NCBI RefSeq assembly: GCF_011386835.1
Contig: NC_088797.1
Coordinates: 13,702,001 to 13,766,000 of the forward strand
Direction: 5' to 3'
Source: Chrysemys picta bellii
Lineage: Eukaryota
Length of the DNA: 64,000 nucleotides
A model generated the notes under the pieces. That model worked only from the letters and a program-made list of their open reading frames with translations, made no database searches and was not told the DNA's origin. Within the stretch, counting starts at the first letter, position 1; every line of letters begins with the position of its first letter. This document shows, piece after piece, positions 12,734-25,535 of this stretch. The position numbers were made by a program, and so were the translations under genes.

Positions 12734-15700
12734 CATGGAATGTGGGAGTGGTGCTGCATACTCTAAGCTGTAGAGGAGGCAGGTAGTTGTGTGTGAGGGC
12801 TCTGGCTGCGTTTAAGGATTACTGGATTTAAAGACAGTATGGCCTCAGTTCATTCCTCAGCTGTCCCTTGTGCTGCACCATGAAACTGCAAATAGCATGG
12901 TTTTGATGCGGAGGCATCTCTTGGCCAAGGTTCATTAGTGCTTGGTCCAGGTTTGTGACATCTATCAAACCTTTCATCCAGCATGATCCAGATTTCATGC
13001 ATTGCAGTCAAACCCAAAAGCAGGTGAATGTTTGCAGCTTTCACTGAGAATATTTCTCACAGCTCTAATCATAACTCAGAAAAGCAGAGACACTTGAGTC
13101 AAACATTTGAACACTCAGTTTGAACTAGAATTTATTTTAACATCTGATTTCATAGTAGCAAATGTGCTTTCCATAAAAATTCCTTTCATGTTCGCACTCC
13201 ACTTTACCTACAAACCGAATCTTTCTATGGCTTTTGAACCAGAAATCATCTCACCCTTTCTTCTGTGTTGTTTGTCCCTGTCTTTGGTTCCAAAATATAG
13301 TGTAATACACATATCATATGTGTAAAAATTTGATTTTTTCCCCTTGCTGACTCAGGCAGAAAATATAATAATATGACCTGTAATAGATTTTATTTTGCTC
13401 ATGCACACTGTTCTCTGGATTTTTTTTTTATTTTTATTTTTTTTTAAGAACATGGCTATCCCATTAAACTGACACTTCTCTTAAAGGTCTGTTTGTCTTC
13501 ATACCAATTATTCTTTTATTCTCTTTCTGCTTTCCTTCTCTAGAATTCAGCAAATGCACATCTTCCAGCACATTATTCTTATAGTTCATACCTTCATCTT
13601 CAGTTTCTTTGAACTTATTCAGTATCTGATGTTGAACTTTTTCTCTGAATGTGAAACATCCTCTGCTATAAATAAATAGGGCATAGTTATCCTTAGAGTT
13701 AATACCTGTACTGGTAATATAAGCATGTGTTCTGTTTCTTTCCATTAATGAAGTACATGGGGATCTGTAACTTCCTTTTTAAGCAAGGCAATTATTAAAT
13801 TTATCTTTGAACTCTAAAGAGCAGCAAATAACCCTTGCTCTCCTGTTAAAATGGATACTTATATGGAGAGCCTGTACCATCAGAGGCACCAGATATATGG
13901 GCATTAGGAGTGTTAACAGAAATATTCCAACAGTTACAGCAGCAGTTCTTAGCCTCTTTAGTTTGAGACACTGATGAATGGTTTAAGCAAGCAGGAGACT
14001 AAATGAACAGCCTAGCCACTGTGCTGGTGGATTGTATATGTGCCAATGATGACTTGGGGGAAGGAAAGTCATCCAAAGGGATAGAGGGTGGAGCTGCATA
14101 TGACATTGTCTAAAACACACGCTAAAGTCAGCCAGAGTGCATACGCTGCAATTTTGTATGTGCAACTGCATTTATTTATTTATTTTTCATGGTCTCAAAG
14201 ATGGGCACTTTTTTTTAATATAGCTAATTAGGTACCTGTTGTATCTGGAGCAACTACCCATATGACCTTTTGTTCTGCTTCCTAAGTAATAAGGAAGTTA
14301 CTGTGGGTAGAGCTGGTTTAAACAATAGCCACTGCATAATTTATTCGCCTAAGTTAAATATTTTAAATAAATATATTTCACTTTTTTATTATTCACCCCA
14401 CTTACATCTCTATGGAAATAATTTGTGCATATTAATTATTGTAAATAGAAAAATCATGAAAATTTTCAAGTCAAATATTTGTATTTTTGCCATTATTTTC
14501 AGACTACGAATGCCACCATGCTGGTGGATTGTATATGTGTATAGATTCTTGCCAGTGTTGCTTGAGGGGAAGGAAGATCATTCAAAGGAATAGTGGGTGG
14601 AGCTGCATATAGACTTGTGGTTGGAGTAACCTCTAGCATGGTTGGATATAGCTTGGATCACAGAATACAATCCCTGTCAATACTAATCAGAGAAACGAAA
14701 CTAGAATCAGGCAAGCTACAATTTTGTTTGAATACAATCGTAGTTTGCACAGTTTTAGCCCTAGTACAGAATGAAAGGAAAGTGCAGAGAGTTAAGTAGA
14801 GAATCTGTATATGATCTACAATAATCTTTGGTTTTCAAACTACTTTTTGGTCCTTTCTGCCTTCCAAAGAAATTGCAATAAAAACAGTCATAAATGAAAT
14901 CTTCCATCTTCTGGAAGCTATTCTAAAATAATCTTTGTAATTTGTTTTGTCATTTTGAATAAACCCTAGTGGGGGAGAGATGTTATTTAAATGCACAATA
15001 ATGTTTACTGTTCAAACTAAGAAAACTAAATAAAACCATTTGTTCACATCTGCAGGGAGAGCACATTAGAGACAGAAATAAACTGCAAATATCATTTGAC
15101 AGTCCTATCAGCACAAGCCCAATCCAAGTAGTTAACATGCTTTTTAAAAAATATATTTTTCCTAAACAAGCAGAAAGTTCTCTCAACTGTCTTATAAAAT
15201 CTCTGTGCTCTGTTTTTTCCCCTTCAGTTAGACAATACCTCCCTTTTAGATTACTGATTTGAATCCAGCTGAGGGGTTGGCACAAAAATCTGTTACCACC
15301 TAAAGACTGTTCAGAGGCCTGTGTGATATAAGCTTTTTTTTCCCTTTAAAGATTTTTACATTTCATATTGGCACTGATCACCCTTTTTGTTGTTCTCTAG
15401 ATAAAGCAGCTGCTTCATAGCTGAAAGAAAATATGGTGGCCTTAACCTAATAGCATTTCTGGCAACTTCTAGTCCCCACAGTTAAAATTACTCTGAGGAA
15501 CCCCAAAACAGAAGAGAGAGACAGCCTGGGTTTCATTCAGTCCAGAAAGACCATCCATGGATGGTTTACTAGATTATGAATCACATGAATTTCAGGAAAA
15601 AGCTGTGAGAAACTCTGACCCCTAAAGACCAGTTTACCCTTACAAGTTTATTACCACAACAAAAAAGAGCCAGAGACTTCCCCATCTGAATCAGATGAGT

Positions 15701-15932
15701 GTTTTTGAATCCCCCTTGGAATTTATCTATAATTGGTAGAACTGACTGGAAACCAGAATTTTCTTTCAATGAGAAATTTAAAAAAAAAAGTTCCAAAATG
15801 AAATGAAAAATTGAAATTTTGCAATTTCCCGGGGAATAGGAATTCAAAAAGATCATTTAGAAAAGGTTATAATGGTGCTTGTTTAACTTTTGACCTTTTT
15901 AACAAGGTTCTGAATCTAGAAAAAGTTATAGT

Positions 15933-16326
15933 TAAGCTTGGAAGTATTAGAATTCTTTATCTGTAAATGTCACTAAACATCAATTTTGCCAACCCACACA
16001 AACTGACAAAAATATTCCCATTCATGGTCACTGAAATTTACAAATAGGCAATGTAAGAAAATGCTATTAGAGAATATATTAGAGTTTGATTTAGGGATAT
16101 TTACTTTGTACATTTTTAGACATGTGACCATGACAATTTCACTTTTTGAATCTCAGCATCTGTCATTAAATAATTATCTCATGGCCATGAAAATTTAAAT
16201 TGATAAAAATCAAAAATCTTAAAACTCATAATTTTGTGTACTGTGACTTTATATTGATAAAAATTGAAAAATGCTTAAAATAAACATTAATACTATCTGT
16301 ATAAAAACTGAATTCTGCCAAGTCTA
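15933..16326. mobile_element. Old AT-rich hAT-like non-autonomous element
   Basis: Ends TAAGCTTGG ... CTGCCAAGTCTA; 8-bp TSD remnant GTTATAGT / CTTATAAT; body homologous to 40104-40540. Confidence 0.7.
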
Positions 16327-17731
16327 CTTATAATAATGCTTTGTTTCACTTTTGACCTTTTCAAAAAGGTTCTGAGGCTTCTCAAGCTACCTGGAGCCAT
16401 GGCAGATGGCTGAACAGCTTTGGAGCCTGGAACGGTTGGCTGCCCAGAAGTCCACCAGGCAGGCTGCCAAGTAGCAGGGGAGCCACAGAGTCGGGAATGA
16501 TTTTCCAACAGAAAATTAAAATTCTCTATCAAAATTTAAAGTTTTCACATGGAAAATTTTGATTTTGTGGAAAGTGAGATTTTCCTCAGAAAGTCATTCC
16601 AATGGAAAATTCCTGACCAGCTCGAGCAACTGGTGATCTCTCTTCTGTTTGTTTACAGGGTTTTCTCTGGCTCTCATCTCAATATTAACTCTACCACTGA
16701 GTCTAAGAGCTTGGCTGACTGAACTAGAGTACCAAAACCAAAAAAAAAAAAAAAAAAGACCCCAACACTCCAGAACTTTGGGGCAGTTCTATTGCAGATT
16801 AAAACACTGTATGCAACTCACTCACATTGTTTGGGCTGTGATGCTATCCAGATGAAAGCAAATTTATGAATGCACTTCATTTTGCGGACAGTGGCAAGAG
16901 ACATACTATAAGAACACTAATATACACCATTGGTGTGTTAGGTAGTTGTTATCGGGTAATTGTTTGGCTTTTGTTTGCCATAGGGATTGCCAGTTATTGT
17001 GAGGTAAATTCAGCCAAGACTGCATTTACTGCAATAATAGAAAGCACAATGCTGTTTGCAAAACAGGACTTTATAGACGCCTAGCACTGCAAAACCAACT
17101 TCTTTGTTATTCCATATCTCAGAACAACTGGTGCAGTATAATGTACCTGTAAGTACCAAATGCACTTTAGTGATTATTTTTCCATCAACTGCAAGCATCC
17201 TCAGCTCTAGGAAGAAAGAATTATCTCATTAGAAATGCAACACTGCCAATCAGAAATGTGTAGTAGATACTAATTTTCATGTGATGGCTCCTTACTTATT
17301 CATTCCCTTGCTGTGATGCATTTGGCATCAGTGCAGGCTGACACAGCTAGTCCCTCCTCTGTTTGTCAGTAAGAGAAGTCCCAACTAATGGGAGTGAACT
17401 GTGTAGCCCTCTTTCCCTCCCCTGAAGGTCAACCCCTTCCTCTTCTGACCAGATTCAGAATGTGTACTGAAAGGTGGCTCACGGCTTTGTGTTTGCTAGG
17501 ATTGTATATTCTTTGTTAGCAGTCCTTTATTTTCAGCTCTTTTACCAATCCTTATTCAGAGCTGGAGCAAACGAGGAAAAGCCAGTACTGTTCCACCTGA
17601 TAGTTTCCATTTACAGAGCGGAGATTTTCTTACAGGATCATTCCTTGCTATGACTAGATTTCACTGATGCCCTTGCCCTTCGGTAATGGTGAAGCATCCT
17701 CAGTTAATTTTTGTTGTGGCCTCACCTAAGA

Positions 17732-17802
17732 GCCTGATCCAAAGCCCATTTGACTCAACAGAAAGATTCCCATTGATTTCAGTGAAGTTTTGGACCATGG
17801 CC
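17732..17802. mobile_element. Short palindromic MITE (GGCCTGATCCAAAGCCCATTG type)
   Basis: Imperfect ~70-bp hairpin; related copies at 21701-21770 and about 60843-60910. Confidence 0.6.
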
Positions 17803-17920
17803 TGAGATTATTACAGGTCTGGATCGTCTGGATCTGTTGTAGTACATAGGAAGAACTGGCCCTTTGGAAGGCACCAAAATCTCTATTGTCCTCTAAGTTA
17901 CATTTGGTTGTTACCTGTCT

Positions 17921-18000
17921 ACCTGAAGAGCAGATTACCGATAACTTGAGCTCTGTGGCACTTAAAAACATGTCTCTTTTACCAGTAGAAGTTGGTCCAA
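17921..18000 (+). mobile_element. Degenerate terminus of the second Penelope-type family
   Basis: ACCTGAAGAG...GAGCTCTGTG...TGTCTCTTTTACCAGTAGAAGTTGGTCCAA; counterpart of 12607-12733. Confidence 0.5.
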
Positions 18001-18089
18001 GCTGAAGAAGAAATATCCATTAGCTTTCAGAAATGGAAGTGCATCACAGAAGAAAATGACCAAAGAAGTAATTGTACTTTTAAGATGCC

Positions 18090-19520
18090 TTGGTTGGCTA
18101 ATAGGTTGGTAATGAGGTATGAAATATTGCAACGCATATTGTTTGCTTCTGTCCAGCTTACCAAGCGAGCCAGACTACTCTTTGTCAGTGACCTGACATC
18201 TTCATTAGTTACCTTTGCCCCCATTTTATTGTGATAGGTAAACTTTATCAGTGATGTTTTCATGTTTTCTTCCAGATCATTCAAAAAATGTTAAATAACA
18301 TGGGGCCAAGAACTGATCTCTGCAAGACCTCACTAAAAACACACCCATTTGATGATGATTCTTGGTTTACAATTATGATTTGAGATCTATCAGTTAGGCA
18401 GCTTTTAATTTATGTAATGTGTAGCATGTTAATTTTATACTGTTCTAATTTTTTAATCAAAATGTCCAGTGGTACCTAGTCAACTGCCTTCTAAAAGTCT
18501 GTTACATCAACACTATTATCTTTATCAGCCAAACTTATAAGCTTAACCCACATATTATACTTTTTTTCAACTTAATTCAACTCCTGGCTTTAAGATTAAG
18601 TTAGATAAGTTTATGGAGGGAATGGTTTAATGGTAAAACATAGTTGTCAAGGAAAACCAAGCAATGGTAGGTAAATAGCATAATGGCTAAAAGGGGTCAG
18701 GATGGAGACTCTTGCCTATATGCTCGGGGTCTTACTGATCGCCATATTTGGGGTCGGGAAGGAATTTTCCTCCAGGGCAGATTGGCTGAGCCTCTGGAGG
18801 TTTTTCGCCTTCCTCCGCAGCATGGGGCAGGGATCTCTAGCAGGAGGGTCTCTGCCGATTGAGGTCACTAATAACAGGATTGGGGACTTCAGCAGCAGAG
18901 TCCAGGGAAGGGGCGGGGATGGTTTTATGGCCTGCAGCGTGCAGGGGGTCAGACCAGATGATCATAATGGTCCCTTCTGACCTTAAAGTCTATGAGTCTA
19001 AGCTTAACAATAGAAGATATCAAGTTAGTTTGACAGGATATATTTTTCAAAAACGTACATTGGCAGTAATTGTATTACTCTCCTTTAATTCTTTATTAAT
19101 CAAGTCCCATATCTGCCACTCCATTCTTTGATCGATATCAGACTGACAAACATATAATTATCTAGTTTGGCATCTTAATACTTTTTAAATATTGGCACAA
19201 CATTAGCTTTCTTTCAGTCTTCTGGAACTTTCCTTGTTTTTCAAGACTTATTAATGGTACAGCGAGTTCCTCAGCCAAATCTTTTAAAACTCTTGGATGC
19301 AAGTTATCTGGACCCGCTGGTTTAAAAATATTTAACTTTAATAGTCATTGTTTAATATCTTTCTGTGATACTAGAGGAATGGAAAGAATTTTATCATCAC
19401 CATATGATGAGACTATGTAATCTGATTTTTTTCCTCCAAATACAGACCAGAAATATTTAGTGAACTTATTCTGCTTTTTAATAATGCTTTTTCTGCATTA
19501 TTGATAATTTTACCATTTAA
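18090..19520 (-). mobile_element. CR1 LINE RT fragment (old), split by a younger CR1 3' end
   Basis: Reverse complement aligns with the CR1 at 53250-53900 (AAGATATCAAGTTAGTTTGACAGGAT..., GTCCCATATC...). Confidence 0.85.
18585..18998 (+). mobile_element. 5'-truncated CR1 3' end nested in CR1
   Basis: Tail GATGATCATAATGGTCCCTTCTGACCTTAAAGTCTATGAGTC; 10-bp TSD TAAGCTTAAC at 18538-18547 and 18999-19008. Confidence 0.88.
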
Positions 19521-19716
19521 TGTTAATCTGACTCAAAATTAAACATTTTGTTTCTATTCAATACAATGAATTGAAACATTTCAATTCAGCAATGTTATAA
19601 CATTTTGTTCAAATTGAAATGTCAAAACAAAATGTTGAAATTTCCAAATAGAATTTATTTTGTAACTTTTCATTCCATTAAAAATTTTGATATTTTGATT
19701 TTTCATCTTGAATCAG

Positions 19717-19742
19717 CACACACACACACACACACACACACA
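19717..19742. repeat. (CA)13 microsatellite
   Basis: Direct reading. Confidence 0.95.
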
Positions 19743-20337
19743 AAGTTTAAATACCTGAATTTCCCAACGGATGGAAATTCTGATTTTTCACTCAGCTCTA
19801 CTGAATAAATGTCCGCTTCTTCACAACTGCCACTAATCGATATCCTTGTTGGCAGAGGGGCAAGGTTGAACACATATAGGAAAAAATAAAAAGAAAATAA
19901 TAATGGAGTAATAAAAAGCGTACTATGACTAATTCTCTCCACCTCTAGTCAAATGTGTGAATGTAAGTTTATGGGAGAGAGGGAGTTGAATTAAGTTGAA
20001 AAAAAGTATAATATGTGGGTTAAGTTTAAGTAAGGTAAGAGAATGAATAAGAAATTATAATGACACTGCTAGGATCATATCTGAAAGAGAGCTCAGTTTA
20101 CTACAGTAGATCCTGTTATCTGGAGATTACAGGGAAAAACTACAGTACTGGGTGGGAGAAGGGGACGAATACTGCAGAATACCAGCCTCAGAACACCAGA
20201 ATACCAGCCTTGGAAAGAACTTTGGCCCCAAAGGATTTAGATATGGGCAGGGAGCAGGTGCCCTTGTTCATGCTCAGTGAAGGAGTAAAATCCAAGACTG
20301 ATCATGATTCACCGAGACCCTTCCTCTGCAACAAGGC

Positions 20338-20562
20338 CAGGGCTGGCTCCAGGCACCAATGAAGGAAGCAGGTGCCTGGGGCGGCCAATAAAAAGGGGTG
20401 GCACATCCGGGTCTTCGGCGGCAGCTCAAGCTCTCTGCTTTAGTCTTTGGCGGCAATTCGGCGGTGGGTCCTTCACTCTGTCTCTTCCTCTTTGGCGGCA
20501 CTTCTGTCGGTTTTTTTTTTCCCTTCGCGCTTGGGGCGGCAAAAAACCTGGAGCCAGCCCTG
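20338..20562. mobile_element. hAT-type MITE, CAGGGCCGGCTC-TIR family
   Basis: TIRs CAGGGCTGGCTCCAGG / CCTGGAGCCAGCCCTG; perfect 8-bp TSD AACAAGGC at 20330-20337 and 20563-20570. Confidence 0.94.
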
Positions 20563-21700
20563 AACAAGGCACAGCTTAAGTGTTACTAGTTACTGTGAAA
20601 CTGAAAGTAGTGTATTATAATATTGCTTAAGTTGAGCTTTTACCAATACAAAAGCACTACATATTTCTCTATTTTTCTTGTGCACCACATATTAATGAAT
20701 ACTATATTGGCACTGTCATTCCACTTCAATAAAGCTTTGCATATTCGGGGTGGGGACAGGGAAAGAATTTATGCAACACAGGGAGTTTATGGAACACAGG
20801 GAAAGAGTTTATGGAAGAGAGACAGGAGGCATAAAGTAGAGAGGTTTAAAATCTGAAGCAGGGGGAGCAGAGGAAAGAGAGAAACAGGCACTAGGCTTGC
20901 AGCAAAGTCAAGTACGTAGTAATTTGTTTTAGCATAAAAGTGATACACTTAAAAAATGAAGATGGACTCTAGAGGTATATTTAGAAATGCTCCATAAAAA
21001 TACTGTAGACTATCCCAGTTTCTTGTTCTTTTATATGCTAATAATAACTATAACATTATGGTCAAAGCATGAAAATAATTAAGTAAGAAAAAGAAATAAT
21101 TGACTTCATAATTTCTCTCTCAATACTGTTCATTAGGAAAACAGGGTAGGGAAACAAATGAACATACATTTGGAATTTGATTAAATAATCAATAATATTT
21201 ATAGCAACAATAAAGAAAAATACTGGAGTAAGGGAATTAAAGTGACCTTGAGTCCAGGTACATTATTACTGTATAGGTATTGTTTGACTTTAATTTTTAT
21301 TAATGTAGATAATGGCTTACACGGGCCTTATGTCTGCATTACTAGCGCTCTAAAATTTAATTAGATTTTTAGAGCAGCCGTTAATGTCTTCTCTAGGATT
21401 ATATAATTCAGTGGCAATGCCAGCAAACTTCATCCATTTCATTTCATTGTACTTGGAAAAGAAGCAGAAATGAGGTACTTTGTCTGCTGTACTGTCCTGG
21501 ATTCTTGAGCCTTTCTTGTAAAGTAAGTAAATAAATATGGCCACAGTGATTGCTTGTTATCCTTGTGACACGGTTTGAATGTGGTGTGTAAAGCATGGAA
21601 GGCAAAAGGCCTTATTAAAAGAAAATATTTGAAATAGTGTTTTCAGAATTAGGATTTGGCTCCCTCCCTCCTCCCCCCCTTCTTTTAAATTCACATTTTA

Positions 21701-21770
21701 GGGCGTGATCCAAAGCCCATTGAAATCAATGGAAACACACCCATTGACTTCAGTTGACTTTGTACTGCAT
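21701..21770. mobile_element. Short palindromic MITE
   Basis: GGGCGTGATCCAAAGCCCATTGAAATCAATGG...CCATTGACTTCAGT; same family as 17732-17802. Confidence 0.6.
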
Positions 21771-21775
21771 CCATA

Positions 21776-21966
21776 TGTAACCCATGCCTGCTCGGTGTGG
21801 TGCTCTGTCCTCCTCTAGTGGCACCTAGACCATCTAGAGATTAAAGAGTCTGCTGCAGCCTTAGCTAAGAGGCATATGGCTCATGTAGTAGAGGCTCAAA
21901 CACTAAGCTTCAGAGGTCCCTAGTTTGATCCCAATCTGCCAAAGCTCTGGGTCTGTCACTGTTACA
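21776..21966. mobile_element. Solo LTR of a TRIM-like element containing a tRNA-like A/B-box cassette
   Basis: TGTAAC...GTTACA ends; 4-bp TSD CATA at 21772-21775 and 21967-21970; homologous to 25327-25535. Confidence 0.8.
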
Positions 21967-24900
21967 CATATACAACAAAAATATACACAGGTTCCCTTAG
22001 GCAGATGTTTACTCTGCTAAAGCAGTGTGGGTACAACCACCCAACCCGGCACTCATTCCTGTAGGATCATGGATCATCAGTATAGTAGGCATATGTGTCC
22101 TTAGTATATTCTCACATTAGGAATTGTTTGCGCCCTTTCAACTTGAGGCCCACTTTTAGAATGCCTTTCGGTAGCTCCTGTCATGGTCAGCCTGAAGAAC
22201 TGCTCCTGCCGATAGGTGGGACCAGCATTGGGTTGGAAAATATCCACCACCCTCTTCCTTGCCACTAGTTGATGAACTTCTGGGCTTAACCGTTGACGGA
22301 CACGTGTTAATCTTATTTTATAGTGTTAATTTCCATTATAAAATAAAAGGGTGCTAGATTATTCTCCTGCACTGCTGCATAGCGTAGCACCCATTTTGTA
22401 ATGCATTTTAAAACTTTTAAAGTAAGGGTTACAGGTTAGGTTGAAAAATATAACCGTTTTTAAACTGGTTTTACATTTTCAAAACTTTCTGCAATATGGC
22501 AGGAAACTTTGCAGTGTCCAAATTGCAAGATTAATCTATGTTGTCAGAGACTTGTCTCACCTCCAGTCAGTAGGAGTTGTGGGGGGGGAAGGATGAGAGT
22601 GTTGCAATTTTGGGAAGCAAAAGGAGGGCATCTTTCAGTTCCTAAGCAACTACATTTTTAAATCTTATCTCCAAGTGAGTTTTCTTAACAGCTATGATCA
22701 AACAAATCTGCCTGACACTACAGAGTTCAGCCGGTTATGGCACTGAAATCAGTGTAAACACAAAGGATCGTGGAAAGACGCCACCCTAATTTAGTTCAGA
22801 ATAAGTAGGAGTAATTATTGTAGCTGTATAGATAATACCAGTAATGTCCACTACTTACTTGACGACTACACTGTGTTAAACACAGAGTAAACCGCTGGCA
22901 GAAGTTTGGCACATGGCTGATTTTGATGTCTAAAGATATTACCAAAACATACACAGCTACTAGACAAGAAAATGATGGGTATCATAAACGAGCAACGTAT
23001 GAGTGAAAAATGAACCAATTTATATATGGTTTTCATCTATTTTAGTTCCTGTTGGAGAAATGTATTATTCAGACTGGACTTAGCATGTGCACAGAGCATT
23101 CTCATTGAGATATTGAATGTGCTCTAGCTATCTTTGCGTTTGTCATGGCATCATTCATATGACCACATCTTGTCCTTTCTACACAGATATGAAATAAAAT
23201 TAGCTGTGAGAGAATAATGCACTGGTTTCAGACACTTTGGCCCAAATTTCGTCCACAGATAACCACATAAATCTTCTGTTGAAATTAATGGTCATTCCTG
23301 CATATGCTGTCACCTAGACAGAGCTGAACAAATAACTTACAGTGAATAATTCATTTATTTAATTTAATCTTTTTCCATTTGTCCATTGTTCACAAGCAGT
23401 TTATTATTTTGTCTTATTTATTTATTATTCAAAACTTTTTCCTGAGTATCTTTAGATTGTTTGCAAGTAGTTTGTAGTGATTATTCCTTATTTCCATAAT
23501 ACATATCACTGTTCTAAAAACAAGCTAACACTGCTTTATTGTGTTACCTTTAAAAGGATGAGAGAGTTTATTTTAAACACTTTATTTATAATCTCACTTT
23601 GATTAATCAGCCCAGACTGAAGACATTTCTTTTACTAAGCTTTTTCTAGAAAGCAGCTAAGAAGTCCGGAAAAGAAGAGGCAGGAAGGGGCAGTTACTGC
23701 AGTTTTTTGATCACTTTCCTTCAAACAGAAAACTATAAATTGTGTTTCTTCTAGTTTACTATAACATGTCTGTAAACTTTCCCCCCAGTTTATAAATGAT
23801 TAACATCTAATCCAGGAAAGAAATATATCATTGTAAACTGCTGTAGAGTGGGTTTCTTTTTTCTTTTTTATATGCTATGCATTTCATTTGGCCAAAACCT
23901 CTTGTACAGGTTAAGTCAATAGCTATTCATTTCCAATTAATACAAAAAGTTGTGAAGAAATAGTCTACTTTGCTGAGTAAATGCAATGGGGAAAACTGGA
24001 ATGAAGATTAGGCATCTAATACCAGTAAAAACTCTTGACCAGGGATTGTGTAGAAAGAGGAAAATTTTATTCCTGGCCCCAAACAAATTAAAAATGACTA
24101 TGGTAAATTGCTAAATTTACATATGTTTTATAAAAAGGTCGATATGTAATCTACATGCCTACTCCTTTTGATTGGTATCTTAAGCTTTAATTTACATTTT
24201 AATGCACTACAATGTATAATTCCATATAAGACCATAGAGTTAGAAAAACTCTCAAATTTTCTCAAGAAAATATGGTGCATTTGAATATTATATGATACAT
24301 AATTCTGTAAAAGATCATGTGGTTAAACAATCCCTGCTCATTGGCAAAGCCAATGGAGCGTGTTTTTTCCCAAGCTCCCAGAAACAGGGTTTCTGCCATT
24401 AGGCTCTCAGTGCTTAATGGGATTAGCTGTTTGCCTTTCTTCTTCTCTCTGCCATTTTTCATATATATATAAACTTTCTTGGACAACTCTGAAAGTAAGT
24501 TTTCATTTTTTGACCACATTTCTCAAAAGATGTAGAGTAGTTGCTCTCTGTCCATATTTCCCCCCCTCACTTTGCGACCATCATACATTACTTTAAAATG
24601 ACATTATTTACAATTGTAGTAACTGCATAAAGGAATATTTTCCTCTGGAAAGAGAAGGAAGTTGCATGATATATATACAAATGTCTTATTTATTTCTTTG
24701 TCATTAAATTAAATAATTGCACAGTCTCATTTAGAATTGTACTAATTGCATAAGAGGAAATGAGGAATGAGGAAAATCAAATGAAATATATGCTTCCCAT
24801 GTATTCTTCACTTACTGTGCCTTTTTTGCCGGTATTTAAGTTATTTCAAATTTTACCAGCAGTTTTGTGCAATTATTTAATTTTTTTTAATTTGTTCTAA

Positions 24901-25079
24901 CTGCAGAAAGAGCATATTTTCCTCAGAAAAAGGAGAAAAGGACATGGGATCTATATTTATTAATTTATTTTCAATGATTACTGTAAGGATTAACTAAATA
25001 CATTTTTAAATCATTCCCCCCCCCCCCACAAATTGCTGAATGGTGACATAAATGCACATGTTGCCAAAAATGAAACATA

Positions 25080-25270
25080 GGGTACGTTTACACTGAGATG
25101 TCAAGCGCTTCTTAGCATTGATAGACAGACTGCACTAGTTCCACTCAAACTAGCGTGCTAAAAATAGCAGTATAGCTGGGGTAGCATTGGCAGCAGCTTG
25201 GGCTAACAGCCCAAATGTGTACCCAAGGGCCCAGGCGGGTACTTGGGTGGCTAGCCCAAGCACAAACCCG
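25080..25270. mobile_element. Partial palindromic Harbinger-type MITE
   Basis: TA|GGGTACGTTTACACTG left end and a self-complementary centre (GGGCTAACAGCCCAA...TTGGGTGGCTAGCCC); right end not found. Confidence 0.55.
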
Positions 25271-25326
25271 CCTGGACCCTCTAGGTATGAACTTGAACAG
25301 TTATCCAGAGCTGCCACCTGTGCTAT

Positions 25327-25535
25327 TGTAACCCGCGCACCTCCTAGGTGTGATGTCCTCTCCCATCAAGTGGCACTGAGACTACTTAGAGAGAGAGAGA
25401 TAAAATGAGTCTACTCTACAGTGTTAGCTAACAGGCAGTTGACTTTTAGCTCTTGCAATAGAGGCTCATGCACTAAGCTGCAGAGGTCCCAGGTTCAATC
25501 CTGCCCAGAGACGACCGGGGTCTGTCAGCATTACA
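25327..25535. mobile_element. Solo LTR of a TRIM-like element containing a tRNA-like A/B-box cassette
   Basis: TGTAAC...ATTACA ends; 4-bp TSD CTAT at 25323-25326 and 25536-25539; A-box-like TAGCTC..AATAGAGG at 25447 and B-box GGTTCAATCC at 25492-25501. Confidence 0.82.

Noticed and set aside
13464-13745. Lys/Glu-rich minus-strand ORF with AG...GTATGA exon-like borders
   Set aside because: No recognisable protein, a weak acceptor, and no partner exons identified.
17123-17148. Possible 26-nt plus-strand exon (CAG|AACAACTGG...CCT|GTAAGT)
   Set aside because: Too short to judge, with no supporting neighbouring exons.
15640-19800. AT-rich segments ending in (G/T)CAGCTC(T/G)A (about 15640-16625 and 19540-19800) as one old DNA-transposon family
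   Set aside because: Probably repeats, but I could not define both ends or a TSD well enough to call them.
25447-25506. tRNA gene
   Set aside because: It has A/B-box similarity only and no full cloverleaf, and it is embedded in a TSD-bounded LTR, so it is treated as a tRNA-derived cassette.
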